The notes beneath the pieces are model-generated. The model saw only the letters and a program-made list of their open reading frames with translations, searched no databases and was not told the DNA's origin. 64,000 nt of DNA. It comes from Ylistrum balloti. Its lineage: Eukaryota. The translations under genes were made by a program, and so were the position numbers. The number at the start of each line of letters is the position of its first letter. The stretch's first letter is position 1. The stretch lies in the NCBI RefSeq assembly GCF_031769215.1, contig NW_026782272.1, forward strand, positions 1-64,000. Reading direction: 5' to 3'. Below are positions 25,696 to 40,780 of the stretch, in pieces.

Positions 25696-28600
25696 GAACT
25701 TAAGAGTTATTTCTTTTTAAGAATCAAAATTGAAAGATTGTTCAAGATTCAAAAACGTGGTATAAGTATTTACATGTATAAGTGCTTGGTAATGTTGATT
25801 GTCAGATGAATTCTATGTATATGCAAATGCTTTACCTGAAACTCAAACACAAAAATGTCTGTATACCAAAGAAAATATTAATGTAAAAAAAACAGATAAC
25901 CAAACAAGAAAAACTTGGATAAACAAGATATTATTTATACAGTGAAATGGTGTGTGAAACCTGTACACAACACATGCAAGATTACCACCAAATATTGGCA
26001 GATTCCCCAACAGGCAGGAGCTGCAGGTGAGAACTCAAAGATAAGGTAAAATGTTTATGTACAACTTTTGTGTAATAATAACCTGTGTTTTTTTTTAAAA
26101 GTCAGTCTAATGATTATACTAGAATATGCAGCAAACGGTGGTGTTTCACAAATTTCTTATCTTCCAAAACACCAACAGGACTCGCTTCAGTTTGGTCAAT
26201 TAAAAAAAACAACAAGAAAATAAACAAATATAAAACTGTCTTGAACAACAATTAAGCAAACTGGGCGACAGAAGAACAAACATTTTTGTACTGTATGAAC
26301 AACACAAATGATTTTGCCACTAGGGAAAACTTCTCTTTCGAAGTCATTTGACATCAAAGGCAGACATTTTTCACACTTGCCCATCTCTAAGTACAGCCCG
26401 GATTTTAGCTAATCTAGGTCGTCCATAACAAAACCTCACTCCAAAATTATGACAGGTAACACACATAGGGTTATGATGATAGTGAAAGAATTTTGAAAAT
26501 CTTGTATCGTGTTTTTTTCATAGTTGGCAAGATAACCAAAATAATGGATTTCAAGACAAATTTTATTGAAACATTATCAGGCCTTCATTTCAAACATTGA
26601 TGTCTGCCAAGTCCATGCTTATGCTCAATTTCACAAATTTAACTTTTCTATCCTACCTCATAAAAACTCAAAAGACAAAAAAAAAAAAAAGCTCAGGTTT
26701 AATGCATTTTCAGAGAATGATAGGAAGATGGGCAGGGATTACATCAGGACAAGTAGAAATTGCTCCCTATATCTGTTTCAATTAAGTTGGAAATCAACTG
26801 ATATTTAAGAGATCTTTATTTGCTGGTGATACTAAGCTATTTCCATTGATTTTTTATTTGAAAGTAACATGTTTGATTCACATGGCAGCGTATGTTGTCT
26901 ATGAATACTTTACACCAGTAATGCTCTAGTCTATACAGATGTATAAACAAACAAACCAGCATGCGGGAAGTTATCTTACAAACATATCATTCCCCAAAGT
27001 TTAACATCTGATTTTATAGACAACTAACCTTAGTCATATAATGCTTAATGTTACAGCAGTGTCGAGCCGGAAGAAATATGTTTTAGTCATGTTCGAATTG
27101 AAATTAACATGACAAAAAGCTGATGAGTTGTACCGCTGATAATTAATTATAATCATAATTCGTTCTGGTGGGTATAAAGCTGTATGTTATCATCACTGGG
27201 AAATCTTTATCTTAACGTTACAGATGTACTACAGTATCTTTTGTTAGAGAATGTCATGACAATCAATTCTAAGTGTCCTACTAAGATCAAATCTGGAACG
27301 TTCGTAACTTTTTACTCAACTGCAGCTTGAAAAAACCGAAGATTCAGAGAGTTTAGATACCTCGTCAGGGATCTGTGTAAAATATTTTATAGATCCAGTT
27401 TCTACTCTATATATTTGTCCCAAATTTGTAAATCTCGTACACGGATGCTTGTATTGACCTAATTAAAAAAAACATAGATCGATGGTAAACATGAGTTTTA
27501 ACGGCAGTCTCCTACATCTGTTTTACTCTCACTGTTGGCCCAGTAAGGACTTATCTATAAATCCCGCGGGAGTCATCTTCCTCAAATCAAATCAAGAGAT
27601 TGGTAGAAAGTTGAACAGCTCATAGTGATATAATCAAGGGTAAAAATTGGACTAACATGAAACAAACACATCTATCAAAGCCAGTTATTAATGGGATAAT
27701 TTGCATCAGTTCCCAGAGTAAATAGAAAATTACTATTGAAATCAAATTGGTCACATGCGCAATGTATGACATCAGCATTATATATAAAATAGACGGATCC
27801 AAACTACTACAAGGTCCAGTAACGCCTATGTAACAATTTCAAAATAGGCCTATTACAGAACAATATATCGCATCTGACTCAAGATTTCAGATTCCTGGCA
27901 TTCCATGTTAGAAATCATCCATAACATCATGTATCTATAGTTTGATTCGCAAGAAATGAAAAATACAAAACCCATCTCATTTCATTTTTTTTCCCCTCAA
28001 TTTTTTCCCGTCCTGTTTTTGATACCAAATTATCTTTATGGGAGTGTACCATGAAAATAATATCAATCTTACTATAGTCTTTATCTTACTACTCATTACT
28101 GGAGGACTTCCAAACTTATCTTGAATGTAGAAACACAAGCATACTTCCGTGTACTAGTTATCTTATAGAAGTTTCTACTGATGGAGTTGGTCAGATGACT
28201 GTGTGAAGCTTACATCTATGTAGAAGTGTGACCAAATGGGTAAAATTACTAGAAGAACTCAACTACCTGAGTGTCATTTTGATAAACTGAAGGAAGTTTC
28301 ATATTGAAGACTTAAGGGTGCTCAAGCCATTCTAAGTATTCAAGGACTTACTTCCCCTTATACAAGTAGAAGACATATTGATTTTACATTGGGGAGGGGA
28401 GATGCTATAACAGTACATATAATGTGATTCTATCAAAGGATTGACAGAGAAGTGTGAATCTTTAAAATTTGAAAAACTGAAATAAATTTTGAATGTTCTT
28501 TCAAAATAAAAAAAACAAAACAAAACAAAAAACAAACAAGAAAATAGAGCATTATTGTTCACTTAAGATCTAAGATAAATCTGAGTTACCTTTTTTGAAA

Positions 28601-30053
28601 GTTTTGATTCTTTTTCGTTTGAAATACCAAACTATCAGCACCATATTGTTTGACACTTTGGATTTCTTTTCACTAAAACATTGATCTTGTTTTTCCCTTA
28701 ATCACTAGTAGACTGATCCTAATCAATAAAATACCCAGTCCAACACAGAACAATAGGGGTAGGAAATTAAACTCTCCAAAAACCTCAACAGATGTGGTTT
28801 TATGTAAAACTAAATCGTAATTTATGCCATATTGACACATGCAACATCAGCAAGATTACAGCAGATCTGGTTCATTCTGATCACATTCCGATTGGAGCCA
28901 AACATCAAATGGACCCAAAGAAAATCCTCAAGCATCTCGAGGATACAGATGTTATCAAATTTGCATGAAAATGACATCCATCTGTGAGGAGTTTTTTTGT
29001 TCAGCAATATGACACTTTTTCAGGGAGATTATTTGCTAATTTACAATTCTGCTTGTTAAGTATTGGGTATTGTGCAAATAACAAGATTTATTCTTTGATA
29101 AAATAATCTCGATCGTTTTGATATGATCTGGGACAATGGTGTGTGTTTAATCAGATTCTTAATTTCCATCCAATTACTAATTTAGTTTACACGAAATCAA
29201 TAGCCATTTCATAATCATCATCTTGAAATTGAAATTTCGTTCTTTGTACCTAAAGGATCTTGCTGCTGAAAATGTATGGAACCATTTAAACATGCATAAA
29301 CAACTTTTCTACTTAAGCATAAAATCCCAGGGGAGACTTTTTGAGATTTGTTTTTCAGTAACGGATGATTACAGAAATGAAGCTTTTAACTGATAGATGT
29401 CACTGCAACACTACTTTCCATCATGCTGTTTTAATTATAACTTCATTTTGACATTTTCTTTTGAATGACTTACTGTAGACATATATTTTTTGGTGGTAAT
29501 TTTATTTTAGCGCTTTTCATGCTGAAAGTATTGTTCTAGAATATAACTGGGATAATCATTGCTTCGGTATATTGTATACCAATTATTACTGATGCATAAA
29601 TTTACCATAGTGCTAATTTTCCCAAAAACTAAAAAAGAACTTAATTAACTACCCTTACAGTATTCAGTAATTTATTAGTATAGATTTGCATAACAAGGGG
29701 AACAAATGGAGAAAAACCGATACAAATTTATTTTTTTTTTCATTCTTCAATGATGTTTAACTATTGGATTGGTTTAACACAAAACTATGAAATAGTTTCA
29801 TAATTTGGCAAAATCAATTGGAAAAAGTTGATGGAAGTTTCTTCTTCAATGGTTTTCAACTTGACTCCACAGTCACTAATCAGAACAAGTCATATGATCA
29901 GACTCAGGAAAATATGTCAACATATTCCGTTACTATCTCATTATCCGTTCATGTTTTTGTTATCTTCAATTCGCTATCCAACTTTTATTTTTTGGAAGGC
30001 ATGTGTATGCCAAACAAAACTAACTACAAGAACATTTTATAGGAAAAACTTAC

Positions 30054-30185
30054 CCCTGTTCTGTCTACTTTGTGGCGGGCGATGTCGCGCTGTAGCTTTG
30101 CCACCTGTTGTTTCTCTCTTCTCGCGTTGTGTCTCTCTTCACTAAGTTTGCGAGTGAGGTCTTCAATCTTTCTCTCCAGAACATC
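30054..30185 (-). CDS. NCKAP5: Internal coding exon (132 nt, phase 0-0) of an NCKAP5-like coiled-coil protein
   Basis: Canonical acceptor (ttttgcttag) and donor (GGG|gtaagt). Translates to DVLERKIEDLTRKLSEERHNARREKQQVAKLQRDIARHKVDRTG, resembling the recalled human NCKAP5 N-terminal segment (HRSLWREKLAVARLQREVAQR). The symbol is from memory, not a database search. Confidence 0.7.
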
Positions 30186-33100
30186 CTAAGCAAAAATTTT
30201 AAAATCTTGAAACTATTTCAACAAATTGCGATTAACCTGCTTACTATCAAAAGAATTGAATAATGACATGTCATATAATTTCACATATTACAGTAATATG
30301 CAGTTTTCAAGACGTTTGGTCTCACATGACAGGTACACCTTGTTCTTACATGACACACCCTTTACAACATGTATAGTCATACACAACGTCCTTAACCAAG
30401 ACATGCAGTCTTCCATGATACAGTGTTTTCACATTAAATTGGTTATGCAGATCAGGATTTCTGAGAACATGAAACCTTTTTTAAAATGTGTCCTACAACT
30501 AACATCTGGAGACATCTTTCAAGATATTAAAATTTTTTTTCATTTAATTCCGAACACCAGTAGAGCTGTCTTTCAAAAGATCTGGCTTCTCAAACCAGTA
30601 ATTCTATAAGTTTATACCCCAAGGCCTACAAGACAGGTGGTTTCTCATGTACAGAAGAGAATGTTTTTTACAGACAGACCTGATTTACATGCTGAAAGTT
30701 CTGTAGTGACTTCAGTGTATGCTCAATTATCATGTTTACATCAAACAATCCTCACCAGCACACAAACGGTCAATCTTTACACTTTCTCATGGTAGATATA
30801 TTTTCTGCATTTTTTAGATAATACAAGAATTCTTAGCACCAGGAGCCAAATCAATCAATCACTACCAGGACTATTATCTCCCTTGTGTCTGTGTGTGGCA
30901 ATAAAGGAGCCTGTGGGAAGAAAGCACTGAGGGTGCAAGAGAGGGTGCTGAAGTGGGTGTTGTTGGGGGCATGGTGGTGGTGACAATTAAGAAGGGGTGG
31001 GGATAAAGCCAAAGAGGTTAGGAACACTGGAGAGTATCACACAGGACTTAAATGAGGATGATGAGAAGGGTAAGAGGATAATTTTAGGGGTGGCATGATT
31101 GTGGAGTGGATAAACTGACTGGTTGAGCATACTGATGACTAATCACAGGTGAAGTGAAGACAATGGTGGGCAGGGTGTAGAGGAGGGAGTGGACTGCTTG
31201 GTGTAGGAAAGGGGAGGTATCTATACAGGGGTAGAGAACTAGGAGGCAAATGGAGGGGTGGGAGAGTAAAATATTTCTGAGAAATTCTGTGACTACAAGA
31301 AGTCTATTTGATTGGTCATTTACATTTGAATAATGGAAAAAAATATTTTTGAATGTCCAAAATTGAATTCTTGGACCATGTTATCTGATTAATTAATCTA
31401 GACCATATAAAACAGTAACTATACACTAATCAGTGCTGTAAAATCAGAACACAGGAAAAATTACTGCTAAAGGGAGATAACTCTTAGAGATATATCAGTA
31501 CTGTACTGGAAATGATTCTCAGATTATGAATAGCATTTCAGACAATGAGGATTTGTTCGGATCTATATAAACTTGTCATCACATTTAATTTACATGTGAT
31601 CCACTTAACTGTCACTACTTTATCATTAATCTTCAGCTCCCTTAAAAACCACCAGGCAACATCTGTTTATTCAGTAGGTGATCTGTTTATATTAAAACAA
31701 TGCATTTTTTCCATTTAGTTGTTATATAAGTGTCAGTTTCTGTCCAACAGCCACCAGTATCTCTCAGTAAACACTCCACACACACAAACACCTGTCTCCT
31801 AGAGTGACAATCTGTATAATTTAAGATGTGTAGATGCTTTAAATTTATTGCGAGTTATCTTATCTGGCACTTCAGCCTACATCACAAAAATTCCAAACTT
31901 TCACATTGCTGTGATAGGCTGTAAACTTTATAGTATTAGAATGCTGGCCTTTGTCGATACTGATAAGGGAGGTAATTTACAACAGAATCACATTCTCATC
32001 AGGTGAGATATGTACACATCAGTTAGTGTAATCAATTTGCTCCTGTTTCTGTGATAACTATTATTTTCTATTTAGATGGAATTTCACATCAGATAACTTT
32101 TTTTACATAGAAAGTTTATACAAAGAAAAGGATTTTTTAATCTCCTTTTTCAAATTGGTTTACACACATCATTTGATCAGAATCTGACCTTACTTTAAAG
32201 ATATCTATTTATCCAACCCACCAAATTAGACATATCACACTTTCATTAATTCTTGGTTTACTTATGAAAGAATATTTCAGATTAACTCTGTCTTATCAAC
32301 GATTAATCTTTTCACATTATCAATCTAAAAATTACCTTAATTTCCCAACAGTTTTTCTGCCAGTCTCCTTTGTATCATAATATTCACATTCCTTACCCAC
32401 AAATTGAGAATTTACTCCAAACAAATTGGTTTTATTTTGCTGTTAGTCGAGCAGCTTCTTTCACTTAGCAAATTAAGTTTCAAATTGGATTTTCTATAAA
32501 AGAATTTCATATAAAGATCTCTGTTTTACCACAATCGAAATCTTATTGAACAAATAGAAGAGTTTGTTGATGTACTAGATTAATTACTCAACACTTAATA
32601 AGTGTAGTCGTGGATATGTGAGAGATCAAAATAACAACAAATCCATGTTTGTCATCCTCCAGAAATTCCCATAATTTTCTATGATATTGAGTAGGGTGTT
32701 TGAGAATAATCAGTTCTAAATTTCAAATATTATGATGGGATCTGATCATATTTGTATATAGCCCCATTACTGTTAAGTATTTTTTTAAAGCCAGTTCTGG
32801 TACAATACAATCGAAGGGACACTACTCTTACATAAATAACATCACAAAGATGGTATAATTAAAGCTCGGTGATTCAGCAGTGAAACATTAATTGTCAATA
32901 AACTTGGAAGTTAAAAATAAAATGTAAAAGTTAACACCCTATAATGCCTCTAATGATGACAATAATCGCTTTGGATTTTATCCGTGTCTGGATGTGAGAT
33001 AAACAACTTTCGAGATAAACCACGTTCCGCAGCTCTTTTGCTGTCTTTGTATAGATATGGGGGGATAAGGAGCTTTGAACATCAGAGAGCATCAGTGTAA

Positions 33101-34430
33101 TAGTGTCTAGTGACGATATCATGAGTCACCATTACTGTTGTAAATCTCCTCTACAATATGTGAAAATAACAAATTCTTTCAATCTCTTGTATGTTATATA
33201 AATACTGATTTGTGTGAACATTACATATCAATTTCTTTAAATACCCAGACCCACGTTGCTCAAAGCTTTCTTAAAGTTAAACAGCATTAAATATTTGTTG
33301 CCATTACTTTCAAAGCAAAACTGACAGTCAAAATTATTAATCTGACACACTTCAATAAACCTACAACTGTGAACTGATAAAGATTTTTTTCTTAATATTA
33401 GTATTTGAAAAATATTAGTTTTAAGATCTCTGGACACATTTAGATCAGAACTCTGAAAAAATTAAAACCTACTTCGCAATATCAAATGAGATATTTGATA
33501 ATGATTAATGATAATACAATGTAAAATATTACAAAATTATCTCGATATCCTGACATTTGACCAAGAATAAGACACACTTGCTGGGAATGTAATCAGAAAC
33601 ACATTCATGTACCTAAGACATACTCGAGACTTCCAATTAACACTCATTCACAGCATCAGTCTTCACATTTTTTTCTACAGATCTACATCAATCTTGTTTT
33701 CCAGAAAATATGAAATGCAAGAAGAGTGTAGAAGCTAAACATAATAACATCACAGACAGCAAGAATTGGCCACCTGTGGGGAAAGTGATCACCTCTTTAA
33801 AATGGCCTAAACAGTACCCAAGGTCTGTACTGCCTCTGTATGGACTACAGCACTGTTAGCATAGGAAATTCTGTGCATTTTATACAGCAGCAAACTTTAT
33901 CAAGAATTGTTTCCGTCTCAATAAGTCAAATAAATGTACATTCATTTTTTTTAAAATTCCATATTTTACTTCATAAGCATTGACCATCAATTGTTGTTGA
34001 AAAGGATATCATTAAGTAATTGGCAATGACCTTTTTTTTTGGACAAAGAGGTAACTGCAAGAGAAATTAGATAGCTCTTCAATGAAGAACAGCTAAAGAC
34101 ATAATTTCTTGCTAGTAGATTTGGTATCGTTGATTTGACAGGATTTGCCAGGATTAGAATACTATGGTAAGGAACCATAGGCCTGTCTACTCTGCCCTTT
34201 GATCGCACTTCGGACAAACAGTCTAATTTTAGGTTATATTTTCCCTCACAGACTTACAAGATCCTCTATCTGATTACGAGGGATCAACTTTCATCTTTGT
34301 GATATTTACCAGTGATAAGGAGGAATGAAGAAAACAAATCTCAACACTACCATCAGAAAATGACAGGAAAAATCTCAGGTTGTGTTAATTTGGACATTTA
34401 CTAGGCGTCCAATTTGTACCAGATTTTCCC

Positions 34431-34504
34431 GTCTTTTCTCTCCCTCCTTTCTTCCAAGATTCCCTCCTGTCTTTTCTCTCCCTCCTTTCCTCCAAGATTC
34501 CCTC
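34431..34504. repeat. 38-bp pyrimidine-rich tandem duplication
   Basis: GTCTTTTCTCTCCCTCCTTTCYTCCAAGATTCCCTC at 34431 and 34469. Confidence 0.85.
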
Positions 34505-35465
34505 GTGTGTGACAAAACCTTCATTTACAGACATGAAAGATATGTGCACCGAGGATGAATACTGTGCATAAGATTTCCAGTGAGTTGAAGCACAAGATGG
34601 AGACTCCTGTCAACAATTCCTATTTCCATATTAATTATAAAGGGAGACATATTTTACCACACACTGCACTAATTCATTATTGTCCAATTCCTAGCCTATA
34701 GATGAGTTGGTTTATTTCCCAGCCCCTTAAATTTCAGTAAAAAAATTATAAAGCTGTTGTCTTAGCTTATCTCCCCTTAGCTTGAAAACTTGAAAAAACG
34801 TAAAATATTATAAGTCTGATTTTTCTAAAATTCATGATTTCAGACATGGAAACCAATCTGGGAAAGTGGAAACAGAAAAAAATTTATATCAAAATAATTA
34901 TTATACTCAAATATGTTACTAGTGACTTTTCCAAAAGTGAAGTAACATCTTCAGATTCAACTTTTACAGGAAATACCACTCACCACAAGACAAAATAGAT
35001 TTGAATTTCTGAAAAAAAATTAGGACCCTTTGAAAGACGTTAAAGTACATCCTACCTTAGTCCCATTAAAAACACTATACCTACAATTTGAGACTAAACT
35101 ACACGGACAACTATAATCATAATTTAACATATGTCTGTCATGCATACACAAGTTTGTCAAAACAGGTTTATAAAAGGCAGAATTTGAAAAAAAATTGAAA
35201 CTAATAGCTTTAATTCTTTAAAATCCATTTAGCGAGTGCTGTTTGCCTAATTATCTTCTCAAACACTGACCAAGTAATGAATTTCAATAGAGGTGACATA
35301 ACATGTTAAGGACCATCAATTAACAGTATAAAACAGTGATATACACCTGTTATATCATGTTAAGAACCATCAACCAACTGAACAAAATTGTAATCAAGTT
35401 CACCTGTCATTGGCTCAAATGTAATTTGAAAATTGGGTTGGCAAGTCATTTACACAACTAGAGGT

Positions 35466-35940
35466 AACAAAGAAGAGGTCCATAAGCCTGAACAGTCATC
35501 TGGCTATAAAGACCTATATATGATGTAACAACAGTTGATTCAAAACTTCAGAATATTTGGAATACCACAAGTGGAACTTCAGACGATGTTTGAAATAGGT
35601 GGTGTTTGGGAAAAGCACAATCGCACAATCATGTTACAAAATGACTCCCACGACTGCCATCTTGAACTTTCCACTAGGACAAAAACTGACAAAATTTTGT
35701 TGTCTTCATTTCTTTACCATTCCCAATGATTTTTAGCTCAATGGCACAATTAAAACTTGAGAAGTTTAAAATGTGTTTTTTCATGATGGCTGCCATTGTA
35801 TCCATATTGGATTTCAGACTGGACAAAAAGTAAAAAACACTTGGTCAATACTATATGAGGATCACTTCAGGCAGGTTTCAGATGAATCCAAGTGATCAAA
35901 TTTATGAACAAGCACAAGTTTAAGACAGGTATTCTTAAAT
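35466..35940 (+). mobile_element. Old HINE/pearl-type non-autonomous element, second family
   Basis: The 5' AAGAGGTCCATAAGCCTGAACAGTCATCTGG resembles the AAGAGGCCCA...CACCTG starts of bivalve HINE-like elements; internal GCCATCTTGA and GATGGCTGCCAT motifs; heavily diverged. Confidence 0.4.
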
Positions 35941-38200
35941 GAAACTGTGATTGCACAATCCTGTTATAAAATGACCATTCTTTTTCACATTACAATATGT
36001 AAGCCTGCACTCAGCATTTAGGCCACAGGACCTCTTTGTTAAACACGCAGCATCTTTGATGAAGGCAATTTCAACTTCATTTTCATTCTACATACAGGGT
36101 CATTAAAATCTACTCAGATATCTGATCATTCATTCTAAAACCTATTTCTCAATTTGTGCAGAAGTAATATACCTTTTGGTGATTTTCTATAGCAAAACTT
36201 GACGTCAATCAACATTACCATTTATAAACAGGTTGAAACTCTAGTTATCACTTATGAAATTTAGAAGGTGACTGCTAAAATTACAGGTGTATACAAACAG
36301 GTATTGAGGCTCTCAGTCAGGTGTGAAGATGTTAAAAGTTCTGTATACAAACAGAATACAAGAAAACCTACTTTTGTAAATCATGGGAAAAGATAACATG
36401 ATGATAAGACATTTTACACACTGAAATTAACACATTTTTTCGGACGTTATCATCTATACCTTAAGTTATTGTGGTCACGGACATCCTCAGTATAAATATC
36501 ACACGATATAGGGAACTTTTAAAGTGATCAAACAAATTCAACAACATTATGACCTAAATGCTAATAAGAAATCAGATCCGATTCGTAACCATGATGAGAT
36601 TTTCAGGATGACAACTCATAAAACTTCAATCTAATTTTAACAAATATAAGTGAAATTTGTCCTAACCACACACATCAGGGACATATTGTTTTTATGTGAA
36701 ACTGAGAATGCTTAGAGATCAGATTCCAGACAGGTAATCAGATAGGTTTAGTGTCCGCACATATTACTCAACTTAACAGACAAATGTCTGGATTACACAG
36801 GTATCCAGAAAGAACAGGTTTAAATTCATGTATTCATTTTAACTGTGACAAAGTCCAGATTACACAGGTATCCAGAGAGATAGGGTCAGTTTACAGAGAC
36901 CATAAGACATATTTTTACCAACTTCAATACAGATAAATGTCAGGTTATCGAACACAGAAAAAAGTTTAAAAGCAAAAAGTTTTGTTGCTGGTATCTACAT
37001 ATAAAGTAATGCCAAATGATAAAACACCACAAAAAAAATGAAAACGAAATATGTACACCCCAACTCTGTAACCCTACAGAGTAATAACCAATGGTACATG
37101 TACAGTTTTCACTCTGTGACCCTGAGTACAACAAAGAAATATGAACACAAAGATGCCCAAGTCAGCGAACGCTTTCATCACAGGTGCATTTCCTACACAT
37201 ATAGGGTCGTTAAATGATTTCCACTGATCTAAGGGTATAACTATCTCCAGTTATTACAAACATCAGCTATAAACCTCTATAATCACCAACAGATATATAT
37301 ATATATATAGTTGTAACCTTGACAATCTGAGACTCAAGTTGTAGAAAGTAAACCAGCTTGATCTTTCTGAAACGTATTGAAATATTCCATAATTAATAAA
37401 AAGTGAAAATTTCCATTACACATGAACAAAAAACCACAAAAGATGTTTTGATTTACAAATCTGATTTGGTATCATTTCAATCAATTTCTCTACAAAAAAT
37501 ATATAATTAGAAACAAACACACAAGTAGAGAAATGTGAGAAGATTTTCGGCCATGATAACCTCAATACACTCATAATGGAAGTCAGGATAACTCTCATCA
37601 AGCCACAAGATCTTAGCAGACAAAAAAAAAATTATTGCCTCATTAATTTTGGACCTGCACTTCAACAACCAAGCAGAAGACGGTTAATAACTAAACTATC
37701 AAATTGGCAGAGTGCATCACTCATGTATATCTCTCACAACAATAGAACGTAAAATAAACCACGAGACCTGACTTCATATGCTCCAGTCTTGACATCAATG
37801 ATCCTAGTTTGTGTCAGTTGGTGGGATGTAGAGAGAAAAAAAAATTGATGACAGACAGTGTATGAGAGATAAGATACTATCATGTTTCGTGTTACATTAC
37901 CTCACCAAACAATACAAGATATAAGAAGTTTATAAACAACATACAAACACAGCTTCAACGCGATACCTGCGCCTCCAGAAATCAGTCTGGTTAGGTTCGC
38001 TGACAAGTCTTACTTGAAAACATTTTCAAAACTGAAAATTGAATCACGTTAATTTTGTTTTCTAGACAAAAAAGAAGATACTGGAAAACTTCCTATCTAT
38101 ACATTTATATTTATTTTATTGCCAATTAAGCAAACTAGTAATTAGAACAAGGAGGCCATATGACTGCAGCTTTGTTTCCCAGACACAGAGAAAAGCTCAC

Positions 38201-38264
38201 CTGACTGAACCTGAGGTACAGAGTTTGAATGAAGATGTCACCTTCATAGCCCATATCAACTTCC
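38201..38264 (-). CDS. Candidate 64-nt exon of the NCKAP5-like gene
   Basis: Acceptor ccctttctgtatag and donor CAG|gtgagc; the open frame EVDMGYEGDIFIQTLYLRFSQ ends in phase 0, compatible with exon 30054-30185. Confidence 0.35.
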
Positions 38265-38347
38265 CTATACAGAAAGGGTTAGGTATACTACCTAAATAAG
38301 CTTATAGTTCATACAACAACTCTCTTGTACATCTGATCAACAGAACA

Positions 38348-39225
38348 GAGGACATCACTTTTCAAACATCTCTGTCCTACATTAAGTAAGGACACATCTC
38401 TGTCCTTCATCAAGTAAGGACATCTCTGTCCTCCATCAAGTTAGGACACATCTCTGTCCTTCATCATGTAAGGACATCTCTGTCCTCCATTAAGTAAGGA
38501 CACATCTCTGTCCTTCATCAAGTAAGGACATCTCTGTCCTCCATTAAGTAAGGACACATCTCTGTCCTTCATCAAGTTAGGACATCTCTGTCCTTCAGTA
38601 AGGACACATCTTTGTCCTTCATCAAGTAAGGACACATCTCTGTCTTACATTAAGTAAGGACACACCTCTGTCCTTTCTCAAGTAAGGACATCTCTGTCCT
38701 ACATTAAGTAAGGACACATATCTGTCCTTCATCAAGTAAGGACATCTCTGTCCTCCATTAAGTAAGGACACACCTCTGTCCTCCATCAAGTAAGGATATC
38801 TCTGTCCTCCATCAAGTAAGGATATCTCTGTCCTCCATCAAGTAAGGACACACCTCTGTCCTTCATTAAGTAAGGACACATTTCTGTTCTCCATCAAGTA
38901 AGGACACATTTCTGTCCTTCGTCAAGTAAGGGCACATATCTGTCCTTCATCAAGTAAGGACATCTTTGTCCGCCATCAAGTTAGGATACATCTCTGTCCT
39001 CCATCTAGTAAGGACATCTCTGTCCTCCATCAAGTAAGGAGATATCTGTCCTCCATTAAGTAAGGACACACCTCTTTCCTTCATCAAGTAAGGACACCTC
39101 TGTCCTTCATCAAGTAAAGGAAACCTCTGTCCTTCATCAAGTTAGGACATCTCTGTCCTCCATCAAGTAAGGACACCTCTGTCCTTCATCAAGTAAAGAC
39201 ACACCTCTGTCCTTCATCAAGCAGG
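38348..39225. repeat. 26/28-bp minisatellite, ~32 units, each with an internal inverted repeat
   Basis: Unit AAGTAAGGACACATCTCTGTCCTTCATC; AGGACA and TGTCCT are reverse complements. Confidence 0.95.
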
Positions 39226-39264
39226 AATCATTGCCCTCTTTGATAACCTCAGAATTATACTTAC

Positions 39265-39288
39265 CCCAAAGACAATGACGACTGCTGA
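39265..39288 (-). other. Candidate microexon (20-24 nt)
   Basis: Acceptor ttctgtattacag with a second AG 4 nt downstream; strong donor GGG|gtaagt. Confidence 0.2.
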
Positions 39289-40094
39289 CTGTAATACAGA
39301 ATCTAATGTTAATTAATACCAAGTGTCATTTACCATTCAATCACCTACTAAACCAATCTTTTCCTTCAATGCTATAAAACCAACCTCCATACATCACACA
39401 ACAGGATCACGGAAATAGTCTTGAAACTTTACAGTAGTAATCCGTCAAAACGTCCTAGGCGGGACTGGAAAATATAGGCCAATAACGGACCCTATAACAT
39501 TTCCTATAGTGTTAGATTTCAGATTGAATCCCCTCGATTCACAAGTAAACTGACCTAAGTCTAAATACTGGAATATTCCATTTTGTTACAAAGGAAAATG
39601 CATGTACAGAACAATGCATACCCTCAGAAAAAATACTCCAGATATTTTTTTTATGTAATTCTCTCATCTAAATAGTATTCTATATCCTGAAGATTTGATT
39701 TTAATCTAGATATATGACCTGTGCTGATCAGTAGTAGCTAGCTACAAAATATGTAATTCACACGTTTTACCAGTTCTCTTTGGTATCAGCTAAATCAACT
39801 ATACCTGGCCTTATCTTTGTCTTCGACTAGTCTGTGGTATCTAATTACATTACAGACCTAATTGGTGGTAAACATTTATGTGATGTCTGGTTTGTATGAC
39901 AAGATCACACCAGATATATAATATTATAGATCTGAATCTATGTCACAGAATTCCAGGTACCCAGGACACAACAGGAACCTATGAGAAGGGTGCATAAAAG
40001 GGGAAAGAAATTCAAAACATGCAATGATAGACACCAAGGAAATCAGAACAGTGAAAGACAGGCATGTAGGAACTTGGAACATGACATTGAGATT

Positions 40095-40780
40095 ATGTAT
40101 AAACAACAGGCACCCAAGACATTGAGACTATGTATAAACAACAGGCACCCAGGACATTGAGACTATGTATAAACAACAGACACCCAGGACATTGAAACTA
40201 TGTATAAACAACAGACACCCAGGACATTGAGACTATGTATAAACAACAGGTAACCAGAACATTGAGACTATGTATAAACAACCGACACCCAGGACATTGA
40301 GACTCTGTATAAACAACAGACACCCAGGACATTGAGACTCTGTATAAACAACAGACACCAAGGACATTGAGACTATGTAGAAACAACAGGTAACCAGGAC
40401 ATTGAGACTATGTATAAACAACAGGCACCCAGGACATTGAGACTATGTATAAACAACAGGCACCCAGGACATTGAGACTATGTATAAACAACAGACACCA
40501 AGGACATTGAGACTATAAATAAACAACAGACACCCAGGACATTGAGACTATGTATAAACAACAGACACCCAGGACATTGAGACTATGTATAAACAACAGA
40601 CACCAAGGACATTGAGACTATGTAGAAACAACAGGTAACCAGGACATTGAGACTATGTATAAACAACAGACACCAAGGACATTGAGACTATGTATAAACA
40701 ACAGACACCCAGGACATTGAGACTATGTATAAACAACAGACACCAAGGACATTTAGACTATGCATAAACAACAGGCATCC
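40095..40780. repeat. 35-bp minisatellite, ~19 units
   Basis: Unit ACATTGAGACTATGTATAAACAACAGACACCCAGG; degenerate echoes at ~39955 and ~40885. Confidence 0.95.

Noticed and set aside
29818-30145. Plus-strand ORFs of 74 and 105 aa
   Set aside because: AT-rich chance ORFs; the longer one overlaps the antisense of the real minus-strand exon.
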